A stretch of DNA of 64,000 nucleotides from NCBI GenBank assembly GCA_040954595.2, contig CM082583.2:590542-654541 (forward strand). The letters run 5' to 3'. Below, piece by piece: positions 37,601 through 52,600 of the stretch. The notes beneath the pieces were generated by a model. The model did no database searches and was not told the origin of the DNA. It saw nothing but the letters and a program-made list of their open reading frames with translations. The translations under genes and the position numbers were made by a program. This stretch comes from Balanoglossus misakiensis. Taxonomy: Eukaryota; Animalia; Hemichordata. Position 1 is the first letter of the stretch. Every line of letters starts with the position of its first letter.

Positions 37601-40600
37601 TTAGAAGAGCCAGGCCGTAGGAGATCTGACTTGATCATCGTGGTCAATGTACGCGTGTTTCCGCTCTAAAGTGCCGGGGCTTCAGCTAAACCATGCCGTA
37701 GGAAATCCGACGTAATCACCGTTGATAACTTACGCCAGTCTGTGTCATATAGAGCCGGTGCACCAGCCGAATCACGCCGTAGGAAATCTGACTTGATCAA
37801 CGTGGTCAATGTACGCCTGTTTCTGCTCTAGAGTGCCGGGGCTTCAGCTGAGCCGGGCCGTAGGAAACCCGACGTGATTACCGTTGTTAACTTACGCCAG
37901 TCTGTGTCCTATATATAGTGCCGGGGCATCAGCCGTGCCAGGCCGAAGGAAATGTGAGTAGATCAACGTGGTCTCTGTACGCGTGTTTCTGCTCTAGAGT
38001 GCCGGGGCTTTATCCAAGCCATGCCGTAGAAAATCTGACTTGATCACCGTTGCTAACGTACGATAGTGTCTGTCATAGTGTGCCGGGGTTTTAGTCGAGC
38101 CAAGCCGTAGGAGATCAGACTTGATCAACGTGGTCTCTGTACGCGTGTTTCTGCTCTAGAGTGCCGGGGCTTTATCCGAGCTATGCCGTAGAAAATCTGA
38201 CTTGATCACCGTTGCTAACTTACGCTAGTGTCTGTCATATTGTGACGGAGATTTAGCCGAGCCAGGCCGTAGAAAAATCGACTTGTTCAACGTTACCAGT
38301 GTGCAACTGTTTCTGCTCTAGAGTGTCAGGGTTTTAGCCGACTTGTGCTGTAGGAAATCTGAGTTGATGAACGGGAATTCAATGTTAGAAAACCCGTGTG
38401 TAAAGTATCTCTACCCGTTTGAAACTAAGAAAAGAATTTATTCTTATTTATTTTGTAAAACAAGACAATTTTTCGAAAAAAAGTCGAAAATGGTAATTTT
38501 GTCTTGGGTGATTCAAATTATACCACATTTTCTGGAATTTGCAGCACTTTTTACAAGAGAACGACACTTCATGCTCCATAATATTTCCGAAAATGAAGAA
38601 AAGAGTTTATTTTTTATGATTTTTTAAAAATGTACCATTTTGTCAAAATATGGCCAAAATGGCTATTTTTTCTTGAATTCCGTCAATATCTCTGCATTTT
38701 TGGAGTGGTCAAAAGTTTTAACATACAATCAACATGTCATATATGATCAGGGCACCAAATTCGAAGAACGAAGGTTTTTTTATTTTATTTTTCTAAAAAT
38801 GACATTTTCAAGGAAAATTTGGTAAAACGCAATTTTGTCTGCAGTGAGCCAAATTAGACGGTCTTTTGTGGAATTTGTATCGATATATATATACGAAGAG
38901 CATTCTATACTCCATCAGATTTCCGAAAATGTAGAAAACAGGTATTTTTTGTAATTTTCAAAAATTTACCATTTTGACCAAATTGTGGTTAAAATTGTTA
39001 TTTTCGTGTTGAATGCCGCCAGTGTCACTGCTTTTAAAAGTCATAAAAACTTTTAACATGCAAGCAATTGCTTATATATGATCAGGCCACCGAATTAAAA
39101 AAATAAAGAATGTTTTGCCTAAAAATGACCTTTTTGGTGCAAAAACGAATAAAACGCAATTTTGTATTAAATCAGCTCATTCAGAGTGCATTTTTTATAA
39201 TCAGCACCATTTTTACATATATTGAAAATTTCATACATCATCAGATATCCAAATATGAAAAAATGATTTAGATTTTAGATGATTGTCCAAAATTAGCTGA
39301 TATCTAATAAATGTAGTATTGAACCGTTCTGTCCCCCCCCCCCTACATTATATGCGGTACGCCGATGTCAGCTTACCCGGCAGTACTGCAGGCCGTGCCC
39401 CCAAATAACGTCGGTGTTTGAAACGCCCTGGTTAAATTGGGGCTTTCTCTATAAATTGACAGGCAATAATGCAGTCCTACCCGAACAAATGTCGAGTGTT
39501 GACCCGCTGTGACTTTCCCTCTTCGGTTTGCCCGACTTAGCCAACGTCTTTGTACTAATGTGTCGGGTCTTTTGCAGAGCCAGGCCGAAGGAAATCCGAC
39601 TTGATCACCGTTGCTAACGAACGCTAGTGTCTGTCATGGTGTGCCGGGGTTTTAGTCGAGCCAGGCCGTAGGAGATCTGACTTGATCATCGTGGTCAATG
39701 TACGCGTGTTTCCGCTCTAAAGTGCCGGGGCTTCAGCTAAACCATGCCGTAGGAAATCCGACGTAATCACCGTTGATAACTTACGCCAGTCTGTGTCATA
39801 TAGAGCCGGTGCACCAGCCGAATCACGCCGTAGGAAATCTGACTTGATCAACGTGGTCAATGTACGCCTGTTTCTGCTCTAGAGTGCCGGGGCTTCAGCT
39901 GAGCCAGGCCGTAGGAAACCCGACGTGATTACCGTTGTTAACTTACGCCAGTCTGTGTCCTATATATAGTGCCGGGGCATCAGCCGTGCCAGGCCGAAGG
40001 AAATGGGAGTAGATCAACGTGGTCTCTGTACGCGTGTTTCTGCTCTAGAGTGCCGGGGCTTTATCCAAGCCATGCCGTAGAAAATCTGACTTGATCACCG
40101 TTGCTAACGTACGATAGTGTCTGTCATAGTGTGCCGGGGTTTTAGTCGAGCCAAGCCGTAGGAGATCAGACTTCATCAACGTGGTCTCTGTACGCGTGTT
40201 TCTGCTCTAGAGTGCCGGGGCTTTATCCAAGCCATGCCGTAGAAAATCTGACTTGATCACCGTTGCTAACGTACGCTAGTGTCTGTCATATTGTGACGGA
40301 GATTTAGCCGAGCCAGGCCGTAGAAAAATCGACTTGTTCAACGTTACCAGTGTGCAACTGTTTCTGCTCTAGAGTGTCAGGGTTTTAGCCGACTTATGCT
40401 GTAGGAAATCTGAGTTGATGAACGGGAATTCAATGTTAGAAAACCCGTGTGGAAAGTATCTCCTCCCGTTTGAAACTAAGAAAAGAATTTATTCTTATTT
40501 ATTTTGTTAAAAAGACAATTTTTCGAAAAAAAGTCGAAAATGGTAATTTTGTCTTGGGTGATTCAAATTATACCACCTTTTCTGGAATTTGCAGCACTTT

Positions 40601-43600
40601 TTACAAGAGAACGACACTTCATGCTCCATAATATTTCCGAAAATGAAGAAAATAGTTAATTTTTTATGATTTTTTAAAAATTTACCATTTTTGTCAAAAT
40701 ATGGCCAAAATGGCTATTTTTTCTTGAATTCCGTCAATATCTCTGCATTTTTGGAGTGGTCGAAAGTTTTAACATACAATCAACATGTCATATATGATCA
40801 GGGCACCACATTTGAAGAACAAAGGTTTTTTTATTTTTTTTTCTAAAAATGACATTTTCAAGGAAAATTTGGTAAAACGCAATTTTGTCTGCAGTGAGCC
40901 TAATTAGACGGTCTTTTGTGGAATTTGTATCGATATATACATACGAAGAGCATTCTATACTCCATCAGATTTCCAAAAATGTAGAAAACAGGTATTTTTT
41001 GTAATTTTCAAAAATTTACCATTTTGACCAAATTGTGGCTAAAATTGTTATTTTCGTGTTGAATGCCGCCAGTGTCACTGCTTTTAAAAGTCATAAAAAC
41101 TTTTGACATACAAGCAATTGTTTATATATGATCAGGTCACCGAATTAAAAAAATAAAGAATGTTTTGCCTAAAAATGACCTTTTTGGTGCAAAAACGAAT
41201 AAAACGCAATTTTGTATTAAATCAGCTCATTCAGAGTGCATTTTTATAATCAGCACCATTTTTACATATAATGGAAATTTCATACATCATCAGATATCCA
41301 AATATGAAAAGATGATTTAGATTTTAGATGATTGTCCAAAATTAGCTGATATCTGATAAATGTAGTATTGAACCGTTCTGTTTCTCCCCCCCCCCCTACA
41401 TTATATGCGGTACGCCGATGTCACCTTACCCGGCAGTACTGCAGGCCGTGCCCCCAACTAACGTCGGTGTTTGAAGCGCCCTGGTTAAATTCGGGCTTTC
41501 TCTATAAATTAACAGGCAATAATGCAGTCCTACCCGAACAAATGTCGAGTGTTGACCCGCTGTGACTTTCCCTCTTCGGTTTGCCCGACTTAGCCAACGT
41601 CTTTGTACTAGAGGGTCGGGTCTTTTGCCGAGCCAGGCCGAAGGAAATCCGACTTGATCACCGTTGCTAACGAACGCTAGTGTCTGTCATGGTGTGCCGG
41701 GGTTTTAGTCGAACCAGGCCGTAGGAAATCTGACTTGATCAACGTGGTCAATGTACGCCTGTTTCTGCTCTAGAGTGCCGGGGCTTCAGCTGATCCAGGC
41801 CGTAGGAAACCCGACGTGATTACCGTTGTTAACTTACGCCAGTCTGTGTCCTATATATAGTGCGGGGCATCAGCCGTGCCAGGCCTAAGGAAATGTGAGT
41901 AGATCAATGTGGTCTCTGTACGCGTGTTTCTGCTCTAGAATGCCAGGGCTTTAGCCAAGCCATGCCGTAGGAAATCTGACTTGATCAACGTTGCTAACGA
42001 ACGCTAGTGTCTGTCATAGTGTGCCGGGGTTTTAGTCGAGCCAAGCCGTAGGAGATCTGACTTGATCATCGTGGTCAATGTACGCGTGTTTCCGCTCTAA
42101 AGTACCGGGGCCTGAGCTAAACCAGGCCGTAGGAAATCCGACGTAATCACCGTTGATAACTTACGCCAGTCTGTGTCATATAGAGCCGGTGCACCAGCGG
42201 TGTCACGCCGTAGGACATCTGACTTGATCAACGTGGTCAATGTACGCCTGTTTCTGCTCTAGAGTGCCGGGGCTTCAGCTGAGCCAGGCCGTAGGAAACC
42301 CGACGTGATTACCGTTGTTAACTTACGCCAGTCTGTGTCCTATATATAGTGCGGGGCATCAGCCGTGCCAGGCCTAAGGAAATGTGAGTAGATCAATGTG
42401 GTCTCTGTACGCGTGTTTCTGCTCTAGAATGCCAGGGCTTTAGCCAAGCCATGCCGTAGGAAATCTGACTTGATCAACGTTGCTAACGAACGTTAGTGTC
42501 TGTCATAGTGTGCCGGGGTTTTAGTCGAGCCAAGCCGTAGGAGATCTGACTTGATCATCGTGGTCAATGTACGCGTGTTTCAACTCTAAAGTGCCGGGGC
42601 TTGAGCTAAACCAGGCCGTAGGAAATCCGACGTAATCACCGTTGATAACTTACGCCAGTCTGTGTCATATAGAGCCGGTGCACCAGCGGAGTCACGCCGT
42701 AGGACATCTGACCTGATCAACGTGGTCAATGTACGCCTGTTTCTGCTCTAGAGTGCCGGGGCTTCAGCTGAGCCAGGCCGTAGGAAACCCGACGTGATTA
42801 CCGTTGTTAACTTACGCCAGTCTGTGTCCTATATATAGTGCCGGGGCATCAGCTGTGCCAGGCCGAAGGAAATGGGAGTAGATCAACGTGGTCTCTGTAC
42901 GCGTGTTTCTGCTCTAGAGTGCCAGGGCTTTAGCCAAGCCATGCCGTAGGAAATCTGACTTGATCAACGTTGCTAACGAACGCTAGTGTCTGTCATAGTG
43001 TGCCGGGGTTTTAGTCGAGCCAAGCCGTAGGAGATCAGACTTGATCAACGTGGTCTCTGTACGCGTGTTTCTCCTCTAGAGTGTCAGGGCTTTAGCAAAG
43101 CCATGCCGTAGGAAATCTGACTTGATCAACGTTGCTAACGAACGCTCAATATTTTTAAGCGTAATTTGAAAACATACCTTTTTACTCGGTTTTATGTGTA
43201 ACGTGTTCGATTGTGTCCTTTTAACTATTTTTACCAGCCTTGTATTTTTTAATCTACTGTTTTAGCTGTGCACAATGCGCTGAGACGTATGTGTAGCGCA
43301 TTTTAAACAATTCTTAATAATAATAATAATAATAACGCTAGTGTCTGTCATAGTGTGCCGGGGTTTTAGTCGAGCCAAGCCGTAGGAGATCAGACTTGAT
43401 CAACGTGGTCTCTGTACGCGTGTTTCTGCTCTAGAGTGCCGGGGCTTTATCCAACCCATGCCGTTGAAAATCTGACTTGATCACCGTTGCTAACGTACGC
43501 TAGTGTCTGTCATATTGTGACGAGATTTAGCCGAGCCAGGCCGTAGAAAAATCGACTTGTTCAACGTTATCAGTGTGCAACTGTTTCTGCTCTAGAGTGT

Positions 43601-46600
43601 CAGGGTTTTAGCCGACTTATGCTGTAGGAAATCTGAGTTGATGAACGGGAATTCAATGTTAGAAAACCCGTGTGGAAAGTATCTCTACCCGTTTGAAACT
43701 AAGAAAAGAATTTATTCTTATTTATTTTTTAAAAAAGACAATTTTTCGAAAACAAGTCGAAAATGGTAATTTTGTCTTGGGTGATTCAAATTATACCACA
43801 TTTTCTGGAATTTGCAGCACTTTTTACAAGAGAACGACACTTCATGCTCCATAATATTTCCGAAAATGAAGAAAAGAGTTTATTTTTTATGATTTTTTAC
43901 AAATGTACCATTTTGTCAAAATATGGCCAAAATGGCTATTTTTTCTTGAATTCCGTCAATATCTCTGCATTTTTGGAGTGGTCGAAAGTTTTAACATACA
44001 ATCAACATGTCATATATGATCAGGGCACCAAATTCGAAGAACGAAGGTTTTTTTATTTTATTTTTCTAAAAATGACATTTTCAAGAAAAATTTGGTAAAA
44101 CGCAATTTTGTCTGCAGTGAGCCAAATTAGACGGTCTTTTGTGGAATTTGTATCGATATATATATACGAAGAGCATTCTATACTCCATCAGATTTCCGAA
44201 AATGTAGAAAACAGGTATTTTTTGTAATTTTCAAAAATTTACCATTTTGACCAAATTGTGGTTAAATTGTTATTTTCGTGTTGAATGCCGCCAGTGTCAC
44301 TGCTTTTAAATGTCATAAAAACTTTTAACATGCAAGCAATTGCTTATATATGATCAGGCCACCGAATTAAAAAAATAAAGAATGTTTTGCCTAAAAATGA
44401 CCTTTTTGGTGCAAAAACGAATAAAAAGCAATTTTGTATTAAATCAGCTCATTCAGAGTGCATTTTTTATAATCAGCACCATTTTTACATATATTGGAAA
44501 TTTCATACATCATCAGATATCCAAATATGAAAAAATGATTTAGATTTTAGATGATTGTCCAAAATTAGCTGATATCTAATAAATGTAGTATTGAACCGTT
44601 CTGTCCCACCCCCCCCTACATTATATGCGGTACGCCGATGTCAGCTTACCCGGCAGTACTGCAGGCCGTGCCCCCAAATAACGTCGGTGTTTGAAACGCC
44701 CTGGTTAAATTCGGGCTTTCTCTATAAATTGACAGGCAATAATGCAGTCCTACCCGAACAAATATCGAGTGTTGACCCGCTGTGACTTTCCCTCTTCGGT
44801 TTGCCCGACTTAGCCAACGTCTTTGTACTAATGTGTCGGGTCTTTTGCAGAGCCAGGCCGAAGGAAATCCGACTTGATCACCGTTGCTAACGAACGCTAG
44901 TGTCTGTCATGGTGTGCCGGGGTTTTAGTCGAGCCAGGCCGTAGGAGATCTGACTTGATCATCGTGGTCAATGTACGCGTGTTTCCGCTCTAAAGTGCCG
45001 GGGCTTCAGCTAAACCATGCCGTAGGAAATCCGACGTAATCACCGTTGATAACTTTCGCCAGTCTGTGTCATATAGAGCCGGTGCACCAGCCGAGTCACG
45101 CCGTAGGAAATCTTACTTGATCAACGTGGTCAATGTACGCCTGTTTCTGCTCTAGAGTGCCGGGGCTTCAGCTGAGCCAGGCCGTGGGAAACCCGACGTG
45201 ATTACCGTTGTTAACTTACGCCAGTTTGTGTCCTATATATAGTGCCGGGGCATCAGCCGTGCCAGGCCGAAGGAAATGTGAGTAGATCAACGTGGTCTCT
45301 GTACGCGTGTTTCTGCTCTAGAGTGCCAGGGCTTTAGCCAAGCCATGCCGTAGGAAATCTGACTTGATCAACGTTGCTAACGAACGCTAGTGTCTGTCAT
45401 AGTGTGCCGGGGTTTTAGTCGAGCCAAGCCGTAGGAGATCAGACTTGATCAACGTGGTCTCTGTACGTGTGTTTCTGCTCTAGAGTGCCGGGGCTTTATC
45501 CAACCCATGCCGTAGAAAATCTGACTTGATCACCGTTGCTAACGTACGCTAGTGTCTGTCATATTGTGACGGAGATTTAGCCGAGCCAGGCCGTAGAAAA
45601 ATCGACTTGTTCAACGTTACCAGTGTGCAACTGTTTCTGCTCTAGAGTGTCAGGGTTTTAGCCGACTTATGCTGTAGGAAATCTGAGTTGATGAACGGGA
45701 ATTCAATGTTAGAAAACCCGTGTGGAAAGTATCTCTACCCGTTTGAAACTAAGAAAAGAATTTATTCTTATTTATTTTGTAAAAAAGACAATTTTTCGAA
45801 AAAAAGTCGAAAAATTGCAATTTTGTCTTGGGTGATTCAAATTATACCGCCTTTTCTGGAATTTGCAGCACTTTTTACAAGAGAACGACACTTCATGCTC
45901 CATAATATTTCCGAAAATGAAGAAAAGAGTTAATTTTTTATGATTTTTCAAAAATTTACCATTTTGTCAAAATATGGCCAAAATGGCTATTTTTTCTTGA
46001 ATTCCGTCAATATCTCTGCATTTTTGGAGTGGTCGAAAGTTTTAACATACAATCAACATGTCATATATGATCAGGGCACCAAATTCGAAGAACGAAGGTT
46101 TTTTTATTTTATTTTTCTAAAAATGACATTTTCAAGGAAAATTTGGTAAAACGCAATTTTGTCTGCAGTGAGCCAAATTAGACGGTCTTTTGTGAAATTT
46201 GTATCGATATATATATACGAAGAGCATTCTATACTCCATCAGATTTCCGAAAATGTAGAAAACAGGTATTTTTTGTAATTTTCAAAAATTTACCATTTTG
46301 ACCAAATTGTGGTTAAAATTGTTATTTTCGTGTTGAATGCCGCCAGTGTCACTGCTTTTAAAAGTCATAAAAACTTTTAACATGCAAGCAATTGCTTATA
46401 TATGATCAGGCCACCGAATTAAAAAAATAAAGAATGTTTTGCCTAAAAATGACCTTTTTGGTGCAAAAACGAATAAAACGCAATTTTGTATTAAATCAGC
46501 TCATTCAGAGTGCATTTTTTATAATCAGCACCATTTTTACATATATTGAAAATTTCATACATCATCAGATATCCAAATATGAAAAAATGATTTAGATTTT

Positions 46601-49600
46601 AGATGATTGTCCAAAATTAGCTGATATCTAATAAATGTAGTATTGAACCGTTCTGTCCCCCCCCCCCTACGTTATATGCGGTACGCCAATGTCAGCTTAC
46701 CCGGCAGTACTGCAGGCCGTGCCCCCAAATAACGTCGGTGTTTGAAACGCCCTGGTTAAATTCGGGCTTTCTCTATAAATTGACAGGCAATAATGCAGTC
46801 CTACCCGAACAAATGTCGAGTGTTGACCCGCTGTGACTTTCCCTCTTCGGTTTGCCCGACTTAGCCTACGTCTTTGTACTAATGTGTCGGGTCTTTTGCA
46901 GAGCCAGGCCGAAGGAAATCCGACTTGATCACCGTTGCTAACGAACGCTAGTGTCTGTCATGGTGTGCCGGGGTTTTAGAAGAGCCAGGCCGTAGGAGAT
47001 CTGACTTGATCATCGTGGTCAATGTACGCGTGTTTCCGCTCTAAAGTGCCGGGGCTTCAGCTAAACCAGGCCGTAGGAAATCCGACGTAATCACCGTTGA
47101 TAACTTACGCCAGTCTGTGTCATATAGAGCCGGTGCACCAGCCGAATCACGCCGTAGGAAATCTGACTTGATCAACGTGGTCAATGTACGCCTGTTTCTG
47201 CTCTAGAGTGCCGGGGCTTCAGCTGAGCCAGGCCGTAGGAAACCCGACGTGATTACCGTTGTTAACTTACGCCAGTCTGTGTCCTATATATAGTGCCGGG
47301 GCATCAGCCGTGCCAGGACGAAGGAAATGTGAGTAGATCAACGTGGTCTCTGTACGCGTGTTTCTGCTCTAGAGTGCCGGGGCTTTATCCAAGCCATGCC
47401 GTAGAAAATCTGACTTGATCACCGTTGCTAACGTGCGCTAGTGTCTGTCATATTGTGACGGAGATTTAGCCGAGCCAGGCCGTAGAAAAATCGACTTGTT
47501 CAACGTTACCATTGTGCAACTGTTTCTGCTCTAGAGTGTCAGGGTTTTAGCCGACTTATGCTGTAGGAAATCTGAGTTGATGAATGGGAATTCAATGTTA
47601 AAAAACCTGTGTGGAAAGTGTCTCTACCCTTTTGAAACTAAGAAAATAATTTATTCTTATTTATTTTGTAAAAATCACAATTTTTCGAAAAAAAGTCGAA
47701 AATGGTAATTTTGTCATGGGTGATTCAAATTATACCGCCTTTTCTGGAATTTGCAGCACTTTTTACAAGAGAACGACACTTCATGCTCCATAATATTTCC
47801 GAAAATGAAGAAAAGAGTTAATTTTTTATGATTTTTTAAAAATTTACCATTTTTGTCAAAATATGGCCAAAATGGCTATTTTTTCTTGAATTCCGTCAAT
47901 ATCTCTGCATTTTTGGAGTGGTCGAAAGTTTTAATATACAATCAACATGTCATATATGATCAGGGCACCAAATTCGAAGAACAAAGGTTTTTTTTATTTT
48001 TTTTTCTAAAAATGACATTTTCAAGGAAAATTTGGTAAAACGCAATTTTGTCTGCAGTGAGCCAAATTGGCCGTTTTTTGTGGAATTTGTATCGATATAT
48101 GTATACGAAGAGCATTCTATACTCCATCAGATTTCCGAAAATGTAGAAAACAGGTATTTTTTGTAATTTTCAAAAATTTACCATTTTGACCGAATTGTGG
48201 CTAAAATTGTTATTTTCGTGTTGAATGCCGCCAGTGTCACTGCTTTTAAAAGTCATTAAAACTTTTAACATACAAGCAATTGTTTATATACGATCAGGTC
48301 ACCGAATTTAAAGAATAAAGAATGTTTTCCCTAAAAATGACCTTTTTGGTGCAAAAACGAATAAAACGCAATTTTGTATTAAATCAGCTCATTCAGAGTG
48401 CATTTTTTATAATCAGCACCATTTTTACATATAATGGAAATTTCATACATCATCAGATATCCAAATATGAAAAAATGATTTAGATTTTAGATGATTGTCC
48501 AAAAGTAGCTGATATCTAATAAATATAGTATTGAACCGTTCTGTTCCCCCCTCCCCTACATTAAATGCGGTACGCCGATGTCAGCTTACCCGTCAGTACT
48601 GCAGGCCGTGCCCACAACTAACGCCGGTGTTTAAAACGCCCTGGTTATATTCGGGCTTTCTCTATAAATTGACAGGCAATAATGTAGTCCTACCGGAACA
48701 AATGTCGAGTGTTGACCCGCTGTGACTTTCCCTCTTCGGTTTGCCCGACTTAGCCAACGTCTTTGTACTAGAGTGTCGGGTGTTTTGCAGAGCCAGGCCG
48801 AAGGAAATCCGACTTGATCACCGTTGCTAACGAACGCTAGTGTCTGTCATGGTGTGCCGGGGTTTTAGTCGAGCCAGGCCGTAGGAGATCTGACTGGATC
48901 AACGTGGTCTCTGTACGCGTGTTTCTGCTCTAGAGTGCCGGGGCTTTATCCCAGCCATACCGTAGAAAATCTGACTTGATCACCGTTGCTAACGTGCGCT
49001 AGTGTCTGTCATATTGTGACGGAGATTTAGCCGAGCCAGGCCGTAGAAAAATCGACTTGTTCAACGTTACCATTGTGCAACTGTTTCTGCTCTAGAGTGT
49101 CAGGGTTTTAGCCGACTTATGCTGTAGGAAATCTGAGTTGATGAATGGGAATTCAATGTTAAAAAACCTGTGTGGAAAGTGTCTCTACCCTTTTGAAACT
49201 AAGAAAAGAATTTATTCTTATTTATTTTGAAAAAATCACAATTTTTCGAAAAAAAGTCGAAAATGGTAATTTTGTCATGGGTGATTCAAATTATACCGCC
49301 TTTTCTGGAATTTGCAGCACTTTTTACAAGAGAACGACACTTCATGCTCCATAATATTTCCGAAAATGAAGAAAAGAGTTAATTTTTTATGATTTTTTTA
49401 AAATTTACAATTTTTGTCAAAATATGGCCAAAATGGCTATTTTTTCTTGAATTCCGTCAATATCTCTGCATTTTTGGAGTGGTCGAAAGTTTTAACATAC
49501 AATCAACATGTCATATATGATCAGGGCACCAAATTCGAAGAACAAAGGTTTTTTTTATTTTTTTTTCTAAAAATGACATTTTCAAGGAAAATTTGGTAAA

Positions 49601-52600
49601 ACGCAATTTTGTCTGTAGTGAGCCAAATTGGCCGTTTTTTTGTGGAATTTGTATCGATATATGTATACGAAGAGCATTCTATACTCCATCAGATTTCCGA
49701 AAATGTAGAAAACAGGTATTTTTTGTAATTTTCAAAAATTTACCATTTTGACCGAATTGTGGCTAAAATTGTTATTTTCGCGTTGAATGCCGCCAGTGTC
49801 ACTGCTTTTAAAAGTCATTAAAACTTTTAACATACAAGCAATTGTTTATATATGATCAGGTCACCGAATTTAAAGAATAAAGAATGTTTTCCCTAAAAAT
49901 GACCTTTTTGGTGCAAAAACGAATAAAACGCAATTTTGTATTAAATCAGCTCATTCAGAGTGCATTTTTTATAATCAGCACCATTTTTACATATAATGGA
50001 AATTTCATACATCATCAGATATCCAAATATGAAAAAATGATTTAGATTTTAGATGATTGTCCAAAAGTAGCTGATATCTAATAAATGTAGTATTGAACCG
50101 TTCTGTCCCCCCCCCTTACATTACATGCGGTACGCCGATGTCAGCTTACCCATCAGTACTGCAGGCCGTGCCCACAACTAACGTCGGTGTTTGAAACGCC
50201 CTGGTTAAATTCGGGCTTTCTCTATAAATTGACAGGCAATAATGTAGTCCTACCGGAACAAATGTCGAGTGTTGACCCGCTGTGACTTTCCCTCTTCGGT
50301 TTGCCCGACTTAGCCAACGTCTTTGTACTAGAGTGTCGGGTCTTTTGCAGAGCCAGGCCGAAGGAAATCCGACTTGATCACCGTTGCTAACGAACGCTAG
50401 TGTCTGTCATGGTGTGCCGGGGTTTTAGTCGAGCCAGGCCGTAGGAGATCTGACTTGATCATCGTGGTCAATGTACGCGTGTTTCCGCTCTAAAGGGCCG
50501 GGGCTTCAGCTACACCAGGCCGTAGGAAATCCGACGTAATCACCGTTGATAACTTACGCCAGTCTGTGTCATATAGAGCCGGTGCACCAGCCGAATCACG
50601 CCGTAGGAAATCTTACTTGATCAACGTGGTCAATGTACGCCTGTTTCTGCTCTAGAGTGCCGGGGCTTCAGCTGAGCCAGGCCGTGGGAAACCCGACGTG
50701 ATTACCGTTGTTAGCTTACGCCAGTTTGTGTCCTATATATAGTGCCGGGGCATCAGCCGTGCCAGGCCGAAGGAAATGTGAGTAGATCAACGTGGTCTCT
50801 GTACGCGTGTTTCTGCTCTAGAGTGCCAGGGCTTTAGCCAAGCCATGCCGTAGGAAATCTGACTTGATCAACGTTGCTAACGAACGCTAATGTCTGTCAT
50901 AGTGTGCCGGGGTTTTAGTCGAGCCAAGCCGTAGGAGATCAGACTTGATCAACGTGGTCTCTGTACGCGTGTTTCTGCTCTAGAGTGCCGGGGCTTTATC
51001 CAAGCCATGCCGTAGAAAATCTGACTTGATCACGGTTGCTAACGTACGCTAGTGTCTGTCATATTGTGACGGAGATTTAGCCGAGCCAGGCCGTAGAAAA
51101 ATCGACTTGTTCAACGTTACCAGTGTGCAACTGTTTCTGCTCTAGAGTGTCAGGGTTTTAGCCGACTTATGCTGTAGGAAATCTGAGTTGATGAACGGGA
51201 ATTCAATGTTAGAAATCCGTGTGGAAAGTATCTCTACCCGTTTGGAACTAAGAAAAGAATTTATTCTTATTTATTTTGTAAAAAAACAATATTTCGAAAA
51301 AAAGTCGAAAATGGTAATTTTGTCTTGGGTGATTCAAATTATACCGCCTTTTCTGGAATTTGCAGCACTTTTTACAAGAGAACGACACTTCATGCTCTAT
51401 AATATTTCCGAAAATGAAGAAAAGAGTTAATTTTTTATGATTTTTTAAAAATTTACCATTTTTGTCAAAATATGGCCAAAATGGCTATTTTTTCTTGAAT
51501 TCCGTCAATATCTCAGCATTTTTGGAGTGGTCGAAAGTTTTAACATACAATCAACATGTCATATATGATCAGGCACTAAATTCGAAGAACAAAGGTTTTT
51601 TTATTTTTTTTTCTAAAAATGACATTTTCAAGGAAAATTTGGTAAAACGCAATTTTGTCTGCAGTGAGCCAAATTAGACGGTCTTTTGTGGAATTTGTAT
51701 CGATATATACATACGAAGAGCATTCTATACTCCATCAGATTTCCGAAAATGTAGAAAACAGGTATTTTTTGTAATTTTCAAAAATTTACCATTTTGACCG
51801 AATTGTGGCTAAAATTGTTATTTTCGTGTTGAATGCCGCCAGTGTCATTGCTTTTAAAAGTCATAAAAAATTTTAACATACAAGCAATTGTTTATATATG
51901 ATAAGGTCACCGAATTAAAAAAATAAAGAATGTTTTGACTAAAAATGACCTTTTTGGTGCAAAAACGAATAAAACGCAATTTTGTATTAAATCAGCTCAT
52001 TCAGAGTGCATTTTTATAATCAGCACAATTTTTACATATAATGGAAATTTCATACATCATCAGATATCCAAATATGAAAAGATGATTTACATTTTAGATG
52101 ATTGTCCAAAATTAGCTGATATCTGATAAATGTAGTATTGAACCGTTCTGTTCCCCCCCCCCCTACATTATATGCGGTACGCTGATGTCAGCTTACCCGG
52201 CAGTACTGTAGGCCGTGCCCCCAACAAACGTCGGTGTTTGAAACGCCCTGGTTAAATTCGGGCTCTCTCTATAAATCGACAGGCAATAATGCAGTCCTAC
52301 CGGAACAAATGTCAAGTGTTGAACCGCTGTGACTTTCCCTGTTCGGTTTGCCCGACTTAGCCAACGTCTTTGTACTAGAGTGTCGGGTCTTTTGCAGAGC
52401 CAGGCCGAAGGAAATCCGACTTGATCACCGTTGCTAACGAACGCTAGTGTCTGTCATGGTGTGCCGGGGTTTTAGTCGAGCCAGGCCGTAGGAGATCTGA
52501 CCTGATCATCGTGGTCAATGTACGCGTGTTTCCGCTCTAAAGTGCCGGGGCTTCAGCTAAACCAGGCCGTAGGAAATCCGACGTAATCACCGTTGATAAC

